Shown here in pieces: positions 1 to 12,755 of a stretch of DNA of 64,000 nt; position 1 is the first letter of the stretch, and each line of letters opens with the position of its first letter. The stretch is taken from NCBI GenBank assembly GCA_040901675.1, contig JBBDYJ010000020.1, positions 90,801-154,800 of the forward strand, given 5' to 3'. The translations under genes were made by a program, and so were the position numbers. This stretch comes from Pirellulales bacterium (GTDB lineage Bacteria > Planctomycetota > Planctomycetia > Pirellulales > JAICIG01). The notes beneath the pieces are model-generated. The model was not told where the DNA came from. It searched no databases and saw only the letters and a list, made by a program, of their open reading frames with translations.

Positions 1-2585
<2,585 letters not shown>

Positions 2586-2729
2586 GCACTGGTCAACCGC
2601 AAGGGATCGAAAGCGATAACGTGAGACACAGACAGATCAGCCGGAGGCATGGTTCGGCCCTGGCCGATCTGGCACTTGAGGCGGCGTCCTGCCAGTATAC
2701 GCGTGTTTAGCACGTCCGTCGAGACGGCC

Positions 2730-2757
2730 GGTTCGTAGTAACCGCATTCATGCGGTC
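2730..2757 (+). repeat. GTAG-type REP-like palindrome
   Basis: GGTTC-GTAG-TA-ACCGCAT-TC-ATGCGGT-C; a related copy is at 46656-46683. Confidence 0.5.
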
Positions 2758-2901
2758 TCTCCAGACCATTCTCGGCTTGGCATTAGACGCCCGTTTTCGG
2801 TGCTGGCCGCCCCGGCCGATTATCCAGCAGAGCGCATGGATCGCATAGGCGCCGTGCCGCTATAATCTCTGCCTTGCCAAGGTGACCCGGCGGCTCCGCT
2901 C

Positions 2902-3465
2902 ATGTCCGACGTGACCCGCATCCTGTCGCAAATCGAAGCGGGCGACCCGTCGGCCTCGGACCAGCTCTTGCCGTTGGTGTATGACGAGCTGCGGAAGCTG
3001 GCCGCGGCCAGGCTGGCCCGGGAGAAGCCGGGGCAGACGCTGCAGGCCACGGCGTTGGTGCACGACGCCTATATCCGCCTGGTGGACGTCGAAAAGGCCC
3101 AGCATTGGGACAGTCGCCGCCATTTCTTCGCCGCCGCGGCCGAGGCGATGCGGCGGATTCTGGTGGAAAGCGCCCGGCGGCGGAAATCGGTCAAACACGG
3201 GGGGCAGCGGGTGCGGGTCGACCTGGACGAGGCGCTCGTCGTCGCGAACGAACCGCGCGATGACCTCCTTGAACTCGACGAGCTCTTGGAGCAACTGGCC
3301 GGCGCGGACCCCCGGGCGGCGGAGTTGGTCAAGCTCCGGTTTTTTGCCGGCCTGACCGGCGACGAGGCGGCCGAGGTCTTGGGCGTTTCGCCGCGATCCG
3401 CCGACCTGCTCTGGGCCTACGCCCGGGCCTGGCTTTTCGAGAAACTGCAAGGTGAAAGGGGATGA
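2902..3465 (+). CDS. ECF RNA polymerase sigma factor, TIGR02999-like (kinase-associated)
   Basis: MSDVTRILSQIEAGDPSASDQLLPLVYDELRKLAAARLAREKPGQTLQATALVHDAY...HFFAAAAEAMRRILVE...WAYARAWL. Confidence 0.95.
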   Translation: MSDVTRILSQIEAGDPSASDQLLPLVYDELRKLAAARLAREKPGQTLQATALVHDAYIRLVDVEKAQHWDSRRHFFAAAAEAMRRILVESARRRKSVKHGGQRVRVDLDEALVVANEPRDDLLELDELLEQLAGADPRAAELVKLRFFAGLTGDEAAEVLGVSPRSADLLWAYARAWLFEKLQGERG

Positions 3466-3506
3466 GGCGCACGGAGGCGTCGTGTTCCGGTTCTGATTTT
3501 TTGAAG

Positions 3507-3543
3507 AATCTTTGCGCTCGCCGGCCGCCGATTTCGCATAGAG
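3507..3543 (+). promoter_or_regulatory. Candidate ECF-dependent promoter, copy 1
   Basis: AATCTTTGCGCTCGCCGG-N6-ATTTCGCATAGAG; repeated with the same spacing at 10602-10638. Confidence 0.6.
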
Positions 3544-3574
3544 ATTTCGAGGGGTCCACGAAAAGGGTCTTGCC

Positions 3575-6500
3575 GTGAACGAACGAGAGCTGTTTATCGC
3601 CGCGCTGCAGATCGATGACGATGCCCAGCGCGCGGCCTACCTGGACGAGGCGTGTAGCGGCGATGCCGGGCTGCGAGAGCGCGTGGAGGCCTTGCTGAAG
3701 GCCTTCACCGAGGCGGGGAGCTTTTTGCAGCAGCCGGCCCTCGAATCCAGCGCCACGGTGGTTGAGCCGGCGGCCGAGAAGCCGGGTGCGCTGATCGGGC
3801 CCTATAAGCTGCTCCAGGTGGTCGGCGAAGGGGGAATGGGCGTGGTCTGGATGGCCGAGCAGTCGCACCCCATGCAGCGCCGCGTGGCGCTGAAGATCAT
3901 CAAGCCGGGGATGGACACGCGGCAGGTGATTGCCCGATTTGAAGCGGAGCGGCAGGCGCTGGCCGTGATGGACCACCCCCATATCGCCAAAGTCTTTGAC
4001 GCGGGCACGACCGATACCGGCCGGCCGTACTTCGTGATGGAGCTGGTCAAGGGACAGCCGATCACCGCGTATTGCGATGAGCATTGCCTGACGCCTCGCC
4101 AGCGGCTGGAGTTGTTCGTGCCGGTCTGCCAGGCACTGCAGCACGCGCACCAGAAGGGGATCATCCATCGCGACATCAAGCCCTCCAACGTGCTGATCGC
4201 CCCCTACGACGGCAAACCCGTGGTCAAGGTGATCGACTTCGGCGTCGCCAAGGCCACCGGCCAGCGGCTGACCGAGAAGACCCTGTTCACGGAATTCGGT
4301 GCGGTGGTGGGGACGGTCGAGTACATGAGCCCTGAGCAGGCCGAGCTGAACAACCAGGACATCGATACGCGCAGCGACATCTACTCGCTGGGAGTTCTCT
4401 TGTACGAGCTGCTGACCGGGACTACCCCGCTGAGCCGCGAGCGGCTGAAGCAGGCGGCCTTCGCGGAGATGTTGCGGATCATCCGCGAGGAGGAGCCGCC
4501 AAAGCCGAGCCGGCGGTTGTCGGATTCGACCGATTCGCTGCCGTCAATCTCCGCGCAGCGACAAATGGAGCCGGAGAAGCTGACCCGGCTGGTGCGCGGC
4601 GAGTTGGACTGGATCGTGATGAAGAGCCTGGAAAAAGACCGCAACCGCCGTTACGAAACGGCCAACGGCCTGGCCGCCGACGTCGAGCGCTATCTGAGCG
4701 ATGAGCCGGTGCAGGCCTGCCCCCCCTCGGCGAGCTATTTGCTCCGCAAATTCGTTCAGCGGCATAAGGGCCTAGTGGCTACGGCTTCTCTCATCCTGAT
4801 TGCATTGCTGATAGCAATCGCCGGCACAACCTGGGGCTTGGTGCAGGCTGAGCGTGGACGCAGCGCCGCAGAACAGGCGCGCAGCGGGGAGGCCAGCCAG
4901 CGCGCCGAGGCAGTCGGAAACCTCTACGACTCTCTGGTCGGCGAGGCCCGAGCGCTCCGGCTGGCGCGCGTCGTCGGTTATCGCGAGCAGGCCTGGCAGC
5001 GGTTGCGCCAGGCGGCGGAGCTTGGTACTCCGAAGCGCGACCTGGTCCAACTCCGGAGGGAAGCCGCAGCATGCTTGGGCGATTTTGTCGGGCTGGATCC
5101 AACAGTTCTCAAGGACTTTGGGGACAGACGTATCAGTGCGATCGCGCTTCATCCGCGGGGGCACCAGTTGGCGCTCGGGTTCACGGACGGATCGCTCTCG
5201 CTGCGCGGCCTGCCGAACGGGGCGGAGATCGCCCGCTGGAGCGGTCACCCCGGCGCTTCTATCAAGTCGGTCGCGTTTGATCCCGACGGGAAGTGCTGTG
5301 CTTCCGCAGCAGCCGACGGGACCATCGTGCTGGGGGAGCCAAACATCGAAGGCGGGTGGAGCTGCAAATGGACCTCTACGATCGATCTCCTTGACCAGAG
5401 TCTTCCTGCGAATTCCATGACGATTGTCTTTACTCATGACGGAAAGCAATTAGCGGGCTGTTCCTCTGGCGGATCAACGATTCAGTTCTGTCTTACCGCG
5501 GACGGCCAGCCGACGGACCGGTTTGAGGCGCCGGATAAACTGTCGGGCTCTATGGCACTCAGTCCCGATGGCCGGTTGTTGGCGGCTGGCCATCGCGGCA
5601 ACGGCGAACATGCCGTCCGCGTCTGGGACATCGCCAGCGGAACGGTAAAAGAGGACCTTTTTCCCAAGCTCGCCCAGATCGCGGACCTGAAATTCAGTCC
5701 GGACGGCAAGCTGCTTGCCTGCGGGTGTGACGCGGGCGCGGCTGTTTTCGATACATCCACCTTTCAGCGTCAACTTTTTTTCTTGGGCGGTAACATTTTT
5801 GATGTTGACTTCAACCCCGACAGCCAGTTGCTCGCAGGCGGCACGCATGGCGCAACCAGACTTTGGGATCTCGTCACGAATCGAGAGCTTGCCACCCTTC
5901 TGCAGCCGCTGGCCCCGGAAGACCCGTCGTGGTCGGACTTCGTTTACTCGATCGCACTGAGCCAAGACGGCAAAACGCTTGTGTCGGCCAGCCGAAGGAG
6001 GATTGTCCTGTGGAATTTGGCAGGCGCCACCGAGAGGGTTCTACTGAAACGCTTTGCAGGCGGGATTCCGGGGGTGGCGTTCAGCCCTCAAGGAGATCTG
6101 CTGGCGAGCGTGAGCAAGGATCGGTCGGTGACGCTTTGGGACCCCGCCACAGGGCGACTTGTTCGAGATTTGACCGGTTGTCAGGGTGAGGTTCAAGCTG
6201 TCGCTTTCAGCCCCGATGGCCGGCTGGTGGCCGCGGGAGACTGGTCCAAGGGTGAAAGCGTTCGCATCTGGGATGTCAATACCGGCCGAAGTTTGGTCGC
6301 GCTCGACCCTCAGCTCGGCGAAGTCTGGTCGGTGACCTTCAGTCGCGACGGACAGTACTTTGCGGCCGGTGGTGAGCAGGGATGGATCGTCTGGAAGTTC
6401 GACAAAGATCGTGCGAACGGCGGCGTTGGGGCGGAACCGCTGCTCCAGGTCATGACCCGCCAGCAAATCATAACCGGGGTCGGCTGTTTGTGCTTCACCC

Positions 6501-6946
6501 CCGACGGCAGCTTGCTCGCTTGGGTGGAGTTCGATCGCACGTTTCACCTCTGGGATCTTGTGGCCGCCTGCGATCGCCAGGCACCTGTCAGCAAGCTGGG
6601 GGGCTGGGTTAGAACCCTCTCACGCGATTTCGACACCGTCGAGCGTCAAGAACAGGGCAAGTGGCTGCGGCTCTGGATGTCATACGATCAGGAAAGCGGT
6701 GAGATTTGGGACATGGCCACCGGACAAAAGGTGGCATTCGATGCACCTCTTTCCCGTGAGCTTGAAGTGCTCCCGGAGAAATCCAAAAACTGGTGCCGCG
6801 CCCTCAGTCCAGACAAGACACGGTGGGCCGTGGGTAATGGTGATGGCAGCCTGGCCCTCTGGGACTTGACCCGAGTGCGCGCCCGGCTAAACGAGGCGGG
6901 ACTCGGTTGGGAACAGACGATTAGTCCGCCACCGGCCGCCAAATGA
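3575..6946 (+). CDS. Ser/Thr protein kinase with C-terminal WD40 repeats
   Basis: GEGGMGVVW, VALK, HRDIKPSN, DFG, YMSPEQ kinase motifs; hydrophobic segment; repeated AFSPDG...VRxWD. Confidence 0.96.
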   Translation: MNERELFIAALQIDDDAQRAAYLDEACSGDAGLRERVEALLKAFTEAGSFLQQPALESSATVVEPAAEKPGALIGPYKLLQVVGEGGMGVVWMAEQSHPMQRRVALKIIKPGMDTRQVIARFEAERQALAVMDHPHIAKVFDAGTTDTGRPYFVMELVKGQPITAYCDEHCLTPRQRLELFVPVCQALQHAHQKGIIHRDIKPSNVLIAPYDGKPVVKVIDFGVAKATGQRLTEKTLFTEFGAVVGTVEYMSPEQAELNNQDIDTRSDIYSLGVLLYELLTGTTPLSRERLKQAAFAEMLRIIREEEPPKPSRRLSDSTDSLPSISAQRQMEPEKLTRLVRGELDWIVMKSLEKDRNRRYETANGLAADVERYLSDEPVQACPPSASYLLRKFVQRHKGLVATASLILIALLIAIAGTTWGLVQAERGRSAAEQARSGEASQRAEAVGNLYDSLVGEARALRLARVVGYREQAWQRLRQAAELGTPKRDLVQLRREAAACLGDFVGLDPTVLKDFGDRRISAIALHPRGHQLALGFTDGSLSLRGLPNGAEIARWSGHPGASIKSVAFDPDGKCCASAAADGTIVLGEPNIEGGWSCKWTSTIDLLDQSLPANSMTIVFTHDGKQLAGCSSGGSTIQFCLTADGQPTDRFEAPDKLSGSMALSPDGRLLAAGHRGNGEHAVRVWDIASGTVKEDLFPKLAQIADLKFSPDGKLLACGCDAGAAVFDTSTFQRQLFFLGGNIFDVDFNPDSQLLAGGTHGATRLWDLVTNRELATLLQPLAPEDPSWSDFVYSIALSQDGKTLVSASRRRIVLWNLAGATERVLLKRFAGGIPGVAFSPQGDLLASVSKDRSVTLWDPATGRLVRDLTGCQGEVQAVAFSPDGRLVAAGDWSKGESVRIWDVNTGRSLVALDPQLGEVWSVTFSRDGQYFAAGGEQGWIVWKFDKDRANGGVGAEPLLQVMTRQQIITGVGCLCFTPDGSLLAWVEFDRTFHLWDLVAACDRQAPVSKLGGWVRTLSRDFDTVERQEQGKWLRLWMSYDQESGEIWDMATGQKVAFDAPLSRELEVLPEKSKNWCRALSPDKTRWAVGNGDGSLALWDLTRVRARLNEAGLGWEQTISPPPAAK

Positions 6947-7085
6947 ACTCAGAACCCTGCCCAGGTGCCTGTCTGCCCACTTGGCTTCGGTTGGAAGTCC
7001 ATGCCGTAAGGAGTAACGAGCAGCGTCGGTTGGAAGTCCAGCTCCACGACAAGGGACCAAGAGACACCGTCGCGGACCAGCGCCA

Positions 7086-10000
7086 ATGCACCTGAACTGC
7101 CCGCACTGTCTGAATCCGATTGAGATTCTCGAGGACCGAGCCGAGGAAGTAGTCTGCCCCTCGTGCGGTTCGAGCCTGCAGGTCGATCCCGGTCAGACAA
7201 CTGCCTTTGCACTCCAACACGGCCCGATGCGGCTGGGAAAGTTCGAGCTGCTGGACGAGCTGGGCGTGGGCGCCTTCGGAACCGTGTACAAGGCGCGGGA
7301 CACGGAGCTGGACCGCACCGTGGCCGTGAAGATACCGCGATCCGGCAACCTGGCAACGCCGGCGGATATCGACCGGTTTTTGCGCGAGGCGCGGACGGCG
7401 GCCCAGCTCGAGCATCCGAGCATTGTCTCGGTGCACGATGCCGGACAGAGCGACGGCGTTTGTTACCTGGTGAGCGAGTACGTGGCCGGGACGACGCTGG
7501 CCGACCGTCTGACAACGAGCCGGTTGGGTTTTCGGCAGGCGGCCGAGCTGGTGGCAAAGGTCGCCGAGGCGCTCGAATACGCCCACGGGCGGGGCGTGAT
7601 CCATCGCGATCTGAAGCCCTCGAACATCATGCTCGATCTGGAGGGGCAACCCCACGTCCTCGATTTCGGCCTCGCCAAGCGCGAGGCGGGAGAGATCACG
7701 ATGACGCTGGATGGCCAGGTGCTGGGAACGCCGGCCTACATGTCCCCGGAGCAGGCGCGGGGGGAGGGGCACGGCGTCGATGCGCGCAGCGACGTGTACA
7801 GCCTGGGGGTGATTCTCTACGAGCTGTTGACCGGCGAACTGCCCTTCCGCGGCAACAAGCGGATGCTGATCGTGCAGGTGATGCAGGATGAGCCTCGTCC
7901 GCCGCGCCGTCTGAACGATCACATTCCCCGCGACCTGGAAACGATCACGCTCAAGTGCATGCTGAAGGAGCCCGGCGCCCGCTACGCCAGCGCGCTGGAG
8001 TTGGCGGACGAACTGCGCCGGTGGCTTGGCGGCCTGCCGATTCGCGCCAGGCCTGTCGGCTCATTCGAACGGGTCTGGCGGTGGTCGATCCGCAATCGGG
8101 CCATGGCCGCCATGGCAGCCACGATCCTCTTGCTCGTCTGCGGCATGGCCGTGGGGTCGACCATCGGCATGCTGGTGATCGGGGAAAAGAAACGTCAGGC
8201 GGACGCGGCCCGCATTTTGGCCGTGGAGCAACGGCGGGAGGCCCAGCGACAAAAGCGCTTGGCGGAGGCGCAGCGCGACCGAGCACGGTTGGGATTCCGG
8301 CAAGCGCGGCAGGCGGCCGACGACTTCTTTACTCACATCGGCGAGGAAACGCTGCTCAACCAACCGGGAATGCACCCCCTGCGGAGGAAGCTCTTGGACC
8401 AGGCGCGCCGCTATTATCAGGCCTTTTTGAAGGAGCATGCCAACGACCCAGCGATCCGGGATGAGTTAGCCGTGAGTGCCTTTCGTCTGGGTGACGTGAC
8501 GAGCGTGATCGGTGCATCGGCGGACGCAATGGCGGCCTATGAAGAAGCGATTGCCATCTGGGAAGACCTCGCGGGGCAATCGCCCGATGCAGACGAGTTG
8601 CGAAGCAACCTGGCCCGCACTTTCGGCAACCAGGCGCACTTGCTGGCCAAAGCCGGCCGCTTGCAGGATGCTCTGCGCCTCCAGCGCCGGGCACAGGCCT
8701 GTTGGAAGGAGCTGCTGGCGAGTGATCCGGGCAACCTGGACGTTCAGAACGGGTTGGCCCGCACCCACAGCGCCATGGCGGCGGTGCAGAGAACGCTGTT
8801 TCAGTTCTCCCAGGCCATTGAGTCGTACGAGGCGGCTATCGCGATCGGCGAGCATCTTGCCTCGGCCGACACCGCAAAAGCCCGCTCCCGCCAAAGCGTA
8901 GCAGCCAGCTATCACATTCTGAAAGATGCCCCGAGCCCGGCTGGAGCGCGCGGCGAATTAGCCACGGCCTACAAGGACCTTGGTCAATTGTTGTTTGATG
9001 TGGGACGGCGAAGCGAAGCCTTGGCTCGGCTGCGGCAGGCGATTGGCTTTTGGCGACGGTTGGTCGAGGCGCAGCCCGAGATGATCGACTTCCGGGCCGG
9101 GTTGGCTCAGAGCCAGACGCTTCTGGGCGACCTGGAGCGGGCGATGGGGCTGACGAATGAAAGCCTTTGCTCCTACGAGAGCGCCGTCGCATCGCAACTG
9201 GAACTTTCGCGCCAGTTTCCCACGGTACCTGGGTTCAGAGGAGAATTGGCAAGCATTTATAACGGCATCGGCCTTCTGCATGCCCAATTGGGTCGGACCC
9301 AGGCCGGGGGTGAGGCGTACCAAGGGGCTCTCGATATTCTGCGCCCGTTAGCCGCGGACTTTCCGGAGATTACATCGTTTTCGAGCGGCCTGGCGGCCGT
9401 CCACTCCAACTATGGAAATCTGCTTCGGGCGGTGGCGCGGTTTTCCGATTCTCGCGAGCAGCTCGAACGGGCTCGAGACATGTACGCGGCCCTGGTCGAG
9501 GATCATGCACAAGTGATGGGTTTTCGCAGTGGTAGGGCCAAAAGTCATTACTTGCTAGGCTTGCTTGACGCAGAGTCCGGCGAGCACCTGAAGGCCGTGA
9601 AACAGTTTCAAACCGCAATTGCACTGTGGGACGAGCTGCGCCGCAGCTATCCGGAAGTACCCGATCTTCGAAGCGGCCAGGCGGCCGCCTACCGCAGCCT
9701 TGGAGACGCCCATCGTGTGGGGGATCAAGGTGACGAGGCGTTGCACTCATACCACCAGGCGCTGCCTTTGTATGAGCAGCTCGTCCGCGACGACGCGACG
9801 ATCGTCGGCTACAAGGCAGAGCTGGCTGCCTGCTGCCTGAGCATCGCAAGCCTGCATCGAGAGCGCGGCGAACCGGCGGCAGCGCTCGCGATGTGCCAGC
9901 GCAGCATCGCCCTTCTGGAGGAGCTGGGGCGCCTGGTTGCCGACGAGGCCTCGTACGATTGTGAACTGGGCGTTGCCTTCGAAAACCTCGGCTTGGCGCT

Positions 10001-10490
10001 GTTGCTCCAAGGGCATGGCGAAGATGCGATTGTTGCCTTGCAGCGTGGCGTCTGTTGCCAGCAGGTCGCCTTGAAGAAAGCCCCGCACGTCGCGCGCTAC
10101 CGGCTCGAGCTGGTGCAACAGGCCCGGCAACTGGCGCAAACGCTTCGCGCCGCGGGGCGATTATCGGATGCGATCGCCGGGTTGCTGGAGGTTCGCCGGC
10201 TCGTGGCGAATCAACCGTCCGCACTGTACGAGCTGGCGGAGGAAATGGCCCTGATGGCCGCCTCCGTAGCACGAGGCCAAGGGGAGTCCACCGGCACCGA
10301 ACCGGTGCAGCGGGAGGCACTCGTCGAAATCGCGGTGGAGATTCTGTGTGAATCGGTTTCCGCCGGATTGCACGACTTGGCGAGTCTGAGGAGTAACCCG
10401 ACTTTCGAGAGCCTCCGCAATCATTCACGATTCCAGGAACTCGTACCGACGAAGACTGTGCCGCCAAGCGGTTCGTCGACGCCGATGTGA
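7086..10490 (+). CDS. Ser/Thr protein kinase with N-terminal zinc ribbon and C-terminal TPR repeats
   Basis: CPHC...CPSC; GVGAFGTVY, HRDLKPSN, DFG, GTPAYMSPEQ; long TPR-like helical array. Confidence 0.95.
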   Translation: MHLNCPHCLNPIEILEDRAEEVVCPSCGSSLQVDPGQTTAFALQHGPMRLGKFELLDELGVGAFGTVYKARDTELDRTVAVKIPRSGNLATPADIDRFLREARTAAQLEHPSIVSVHDAGQSDGVCYLVSEYVAGTTLADRLTTSRLGFRQAAELVAKVAEALEYAHGRGVIHRDLKPSNIMLDLEGQPHVLDFGLAKREAGEITMTLDGQVLGTPAYMSPEQARGEGHGVDARSDVYSLGVILYELLTGELPFRGNKRMLIVQVMQDEPRPPRRLNDHIPRDLETITLKCMLKEPGARYASALELADELRRWLGGLPIRARPVGSFERVWRWSIRNRAMAAMAATILLLVCGMAVGSTIGMLVIGEKKRQADAARILAVEQRREAQRQKRLAEAQRDRARLGFRQARQAADDFFTHIGEETLLNQPGMHPLRRKLLDQARRYYQAFLKEHANDPAIRDELAVSAFRLGDVTSVIGASADAMAAYEEAIAIWEDLAGQSPDADELRSNLARTFGNQAHLLAKAGRLQDALRLQRRAQACWKELLASDPGNLDVQNGLARTHSAMAAVQRTLFQFSQAIESYEAAIAIGEHLASADTAKARSRQSVAASYHILKDAPSPAGARGELATAYKDLGQLLFDVGRRSEALARLRQAIGFWRRLVEAQPEMIDFRAGLAQSQTLLGDLERAMGLTNESLCSYESAVASQLELSRQFPTVPGFRGELASIYNGIGLLHAQLGRTQAGGEAYQGALDILRPLAADFPEITSFSSGLAAVHSNYGNLLRAVARFSDSREQLERARDMYAALVEDHAQVMGFRSGRAKSHYLLGLLDAESGEHLKAVKQFQTAIALWDELRRSYPEVPDLRSGQAAAYRSLGDAHRVGDQGDEALHSYHQALPLYEQLVRDDATIVGYKAELAACCLSIASLHRERGEPAAALAMCQRSIALLEELGRLVADEASYDCELGVAFENLGLALLLQGHGEDAIVALQRGVCCQQVALKKAPHVARYRLELVQQARQLAQTLRAAGRLSDAIAGLLEVRRLVANQPSALYELAEEMALMAASVARGQGESTGTEPVQREALVEIAVEILCESVSAGLHDLASLRSNPTFESLRNHSRFQELVPTKTVPPSGSSTPM

Positions 10491-10601
10491 CGAGGGCCAG
10501 CCGGACAACAAACCCTTCCATCCCGGTTTCTCCCGGGAATTACCCATATTGGCGCAACGCCGACGCAGTCGCGCGCTGTTTCCCCCGCCGTTTTTTTCAG
10601 A

Positions 10602-10638
10602 AATCTTTGCGCTCGCCGGACGCAAATCTCGCATAGAG
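10602..10638 (+). promoter_or_regulatory. Candidate ECF-dependent promoter, copy 2
   Basis: AATCTTTGCGCTCGCCGG-N6-ATCTCGCATAGAG, ~200 bp upstream of the secreted propeller gene. Confidence 0.6.
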
Positions 10639-10834
10639 GTTCAACAGCAGGCACCGGTCCGCCGAATGCAGAGCAAAAAGGATTCAAGAAGAACCGGACG
10701 GGAGCAACTCGCCGACAAGCAAAGCAGTCCCCGGCTTGACCGCCGTCGCAGGCGCCTGGTCTGCGCGCCTGGAAACACGGCATTCTCCTTCTATCGCACT
10801 ATCGCAGACCCCATCTGACTCGAAAGGTACGACA

Positions 10835-11872
10835 ATGTCTTTCACTCGACTGCGGAAGGTGATCCTGGCCCTTGTGTGCCTGAGCGTGCTTGCCGGCTCG
10901 GCCGCGCTGGCGCAGAAGAAAGGCGGCGGCGGCTCGACTCCGACGCCTGCGCCGGGAACCATCTACTTCTTGAACTGGAGCGGCGCCGGCCTGGGGTGGA
11001 AAATGAACGGAGACGGCAGCGGCAAAGCTCAGACCATCGAGGGCCAGCCCAGCTACCAGCGGCACGGCGGCTCGCGATGGTTCCTGCAGAACCAATATGG
11101 CGATGACATCCTCGGGGATTGGGGGCAATGGTTCGCCGTGGATGAAAACGGCGGAACCGTTCAGCTAACCAACGACCCTGACTTGCGCACGAACGGCTAC
11201 CCGCCCTCGTGGGCGAAAGACGACTCGTTCTTCTCCTATGCCGGCGTGTATGAAACCGAAGAGGAATGGATCGGCCGCCTGTTCGTCGTCGAAATTGACT
11301 GGCTCGAGGACGTTCCGGTCGCTGGACCGCCGACCATCGTGTTCGAAATCCGTCGTTCGGTGTTTGACGAGTGGGGCGAATGGAGTTACGAGGGGTATGA
11401 CGAGGTCAACCTGGGGAGCCACGACTGGTCACCGCTCGCAGACGAGGCCGTGCTGACACGCTGGGTTTGGGGGGAAGGCTGGGTGCTCGATATCGTTCGC
11501 TTTTCCGACGAGGGGCTTGAGATCCGCTCGTTGGTCAGCCGGGCGGCCAAGCCGGTTTGGTCACCGGACGGTGGTCGCATCGCCTTTAACCGGGAGGAAC
11601 GCTCGGGATATCAGGAGATTCAGGAAATCTGGACGATCAGGCCGGACGGGAGCGACGCCGTTCGACTCACCGAATATGTTTCCAGCAAGAATGGCGAGAG
11701 GGGCCAACTTCTGCCAACCTGGTCTCCGGATGGGGCATACCTGGCGTATACAGAGCGGGTGGTCAGCGGGAACAAGACGACCCACGACATTCTGCGCGTC
11801 CCGGCGGGTGGCGGCACTCCAACCAGCCTCACCGGCGACGGCAAGAGTAGTTGGCCTCGCTGGCGGCCGTGA
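10835..11872 (+). CDS. Secreted TolB-like/PD40 beta-propeller protein
   Basis: Signal peptide MSFTRLRKVILALVCLSVLAGSAALA; PVWSPDGGRIAF and PTWSPDGAYLAY repeats; AAAGG RBS. Confidence 0.8.
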   Translation: MSFTRLRKVILALVCLSVLAGSAALAQKKGGGGSTPTPAPGTIYFLNWSGAGLGWKMNGDGSGKAQTIEGQPSYQRHGGSRWFLQNQYGDDILGDWGQWFAVDENGGTVQLTNDPDLRTNGYPPSWAKDDSFFSYAGVYETEEEWIGRLFVVEIDWLEDVPVAGPPTIVFEIRRSVFDEWGEWSYEGYDEVNLGSHDWSPLADEAVLTRWVWGEGWVLDIVRFSDEGLEIRSLVSRAAKPVWSPDGGRIAFNREERSGYQEIQEIWTIRPDGSDAVRLTEYVSSKNGERGQLLPTWSPDGAYLAYTERVVSGNKTTHDILRVPAGGGTPTSLTGDGKSSWPRWRP

Positions 11873-11977
11873 GGCGGGCCTGGAGGGTGTCACACGGGTG
11901 ATCGAGACGCGGTGAAGTTCGCCCGCCTTTGTAGGGTGATTGATTCTCGACACCAAGCCCATGGCCGACCTGCCCCG

Positions 11978-12139
11978 CTATTTCTCCAAGAAGAGCAGGA
12001 CGCCTGTGACAATGGCAAGCACTGCCAGCAGGTCGCCCTCGTAGCGAAAGTCGAGACCGAGGAATGGAGAGCTGAACACACCGAACAAAATGAGCCAGAC
12101 GGCCAGCAACAACATTGCCCGATTCTTTGGCAGCTTCAT
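11978..12139 (-). CDS. 53-aa small two-helix membrane protein (below ORF-track cut-off)
   Basis: MKLPKNRAMLLLAVWLILFGVFSSPFLGLDFRYEGDLLAVLAIVTGVLLFLEK*, preceded by AGGGGA. Confidence 0.7.
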   Translation of the reverse strand: MKLPKNRAMLLLAVWLILFGVFSSPFLGLDFRYEGDLLAVLAIVTGVLLFLEK

Positions 12140-12248
12140 GATAGGTCCCCTAAAGACGAGTTTGTTTCAGTTCCGCGGAGACTCCGCTTTCACCCTAAAG
12201 AGTTAGTTTAACGAGTTGACGTGCCAGATTGGCGCCTCGAGTTGATGG

Positions 12249-12710
12249 TCACAGGCTTTCATCGTCCGAAGCGCGCTTAAGGTCATTGTCCGTGATAACT
12301 TGACGCTGGCCGCCTGGGCCGAGGAATTCGACGGCAACCCGTGGTCCCGTGCGGATCGCCTCCTCCAATCGCCGATGAAGCTCGTCGAACGTGATCGTCG
12401 AGTATTCTTGACCGGAGAGAACAAGAAGAGGATCGGCGTATTCCTGCGGGCTGCGACCCGTTCCCTTGCGGGTCCGACTCGTGATGAACACGACGGCTCG
12501 ATGGAACTGGGAGCTGCCTTGATCATCGGTTTCGACGGGCGGAGGAAGGAACTCCCCATAGGGATCGCCGTCCTCGCAGCCACATCCGGCTGTGGCGCTC
12601 CCGATGTGCGCCGGCACTGCCTGAGCCGTTACCTCGACCCACCGAGGCTCAAAAAACGGCGCAGCCGGGTCTTGAAGCTGGATCGACCACAGAGTTGCGT
12701 AAATGCTCAT
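12249..12710 (-). CDS. Hypothetical protein
   Basis: 153-aa ORF MSIYATLWSIQL...VTAQAVPAHIG with GGAGAG RBS. Confidence 0.65.
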   Translation of the reverse strand: MSIYATLWSIQLQDPAAPFFEPRWVEVTAQAVPAHIGSATAGCGCEDGDPYGEFLPPPVETDDQGSSQFHRAVVFITSRTRKGTGRSPQEYADPLLVLSGQEYSTITFDELHRRLEEAIRTGPRVAVEFLGPGGQRQVITDNDLKRASDDESL

Positions 12711-12755
12711 CGCTCTCCGCTACTCCCGAACGGGCCCCGAACCGAACTGCCACGC

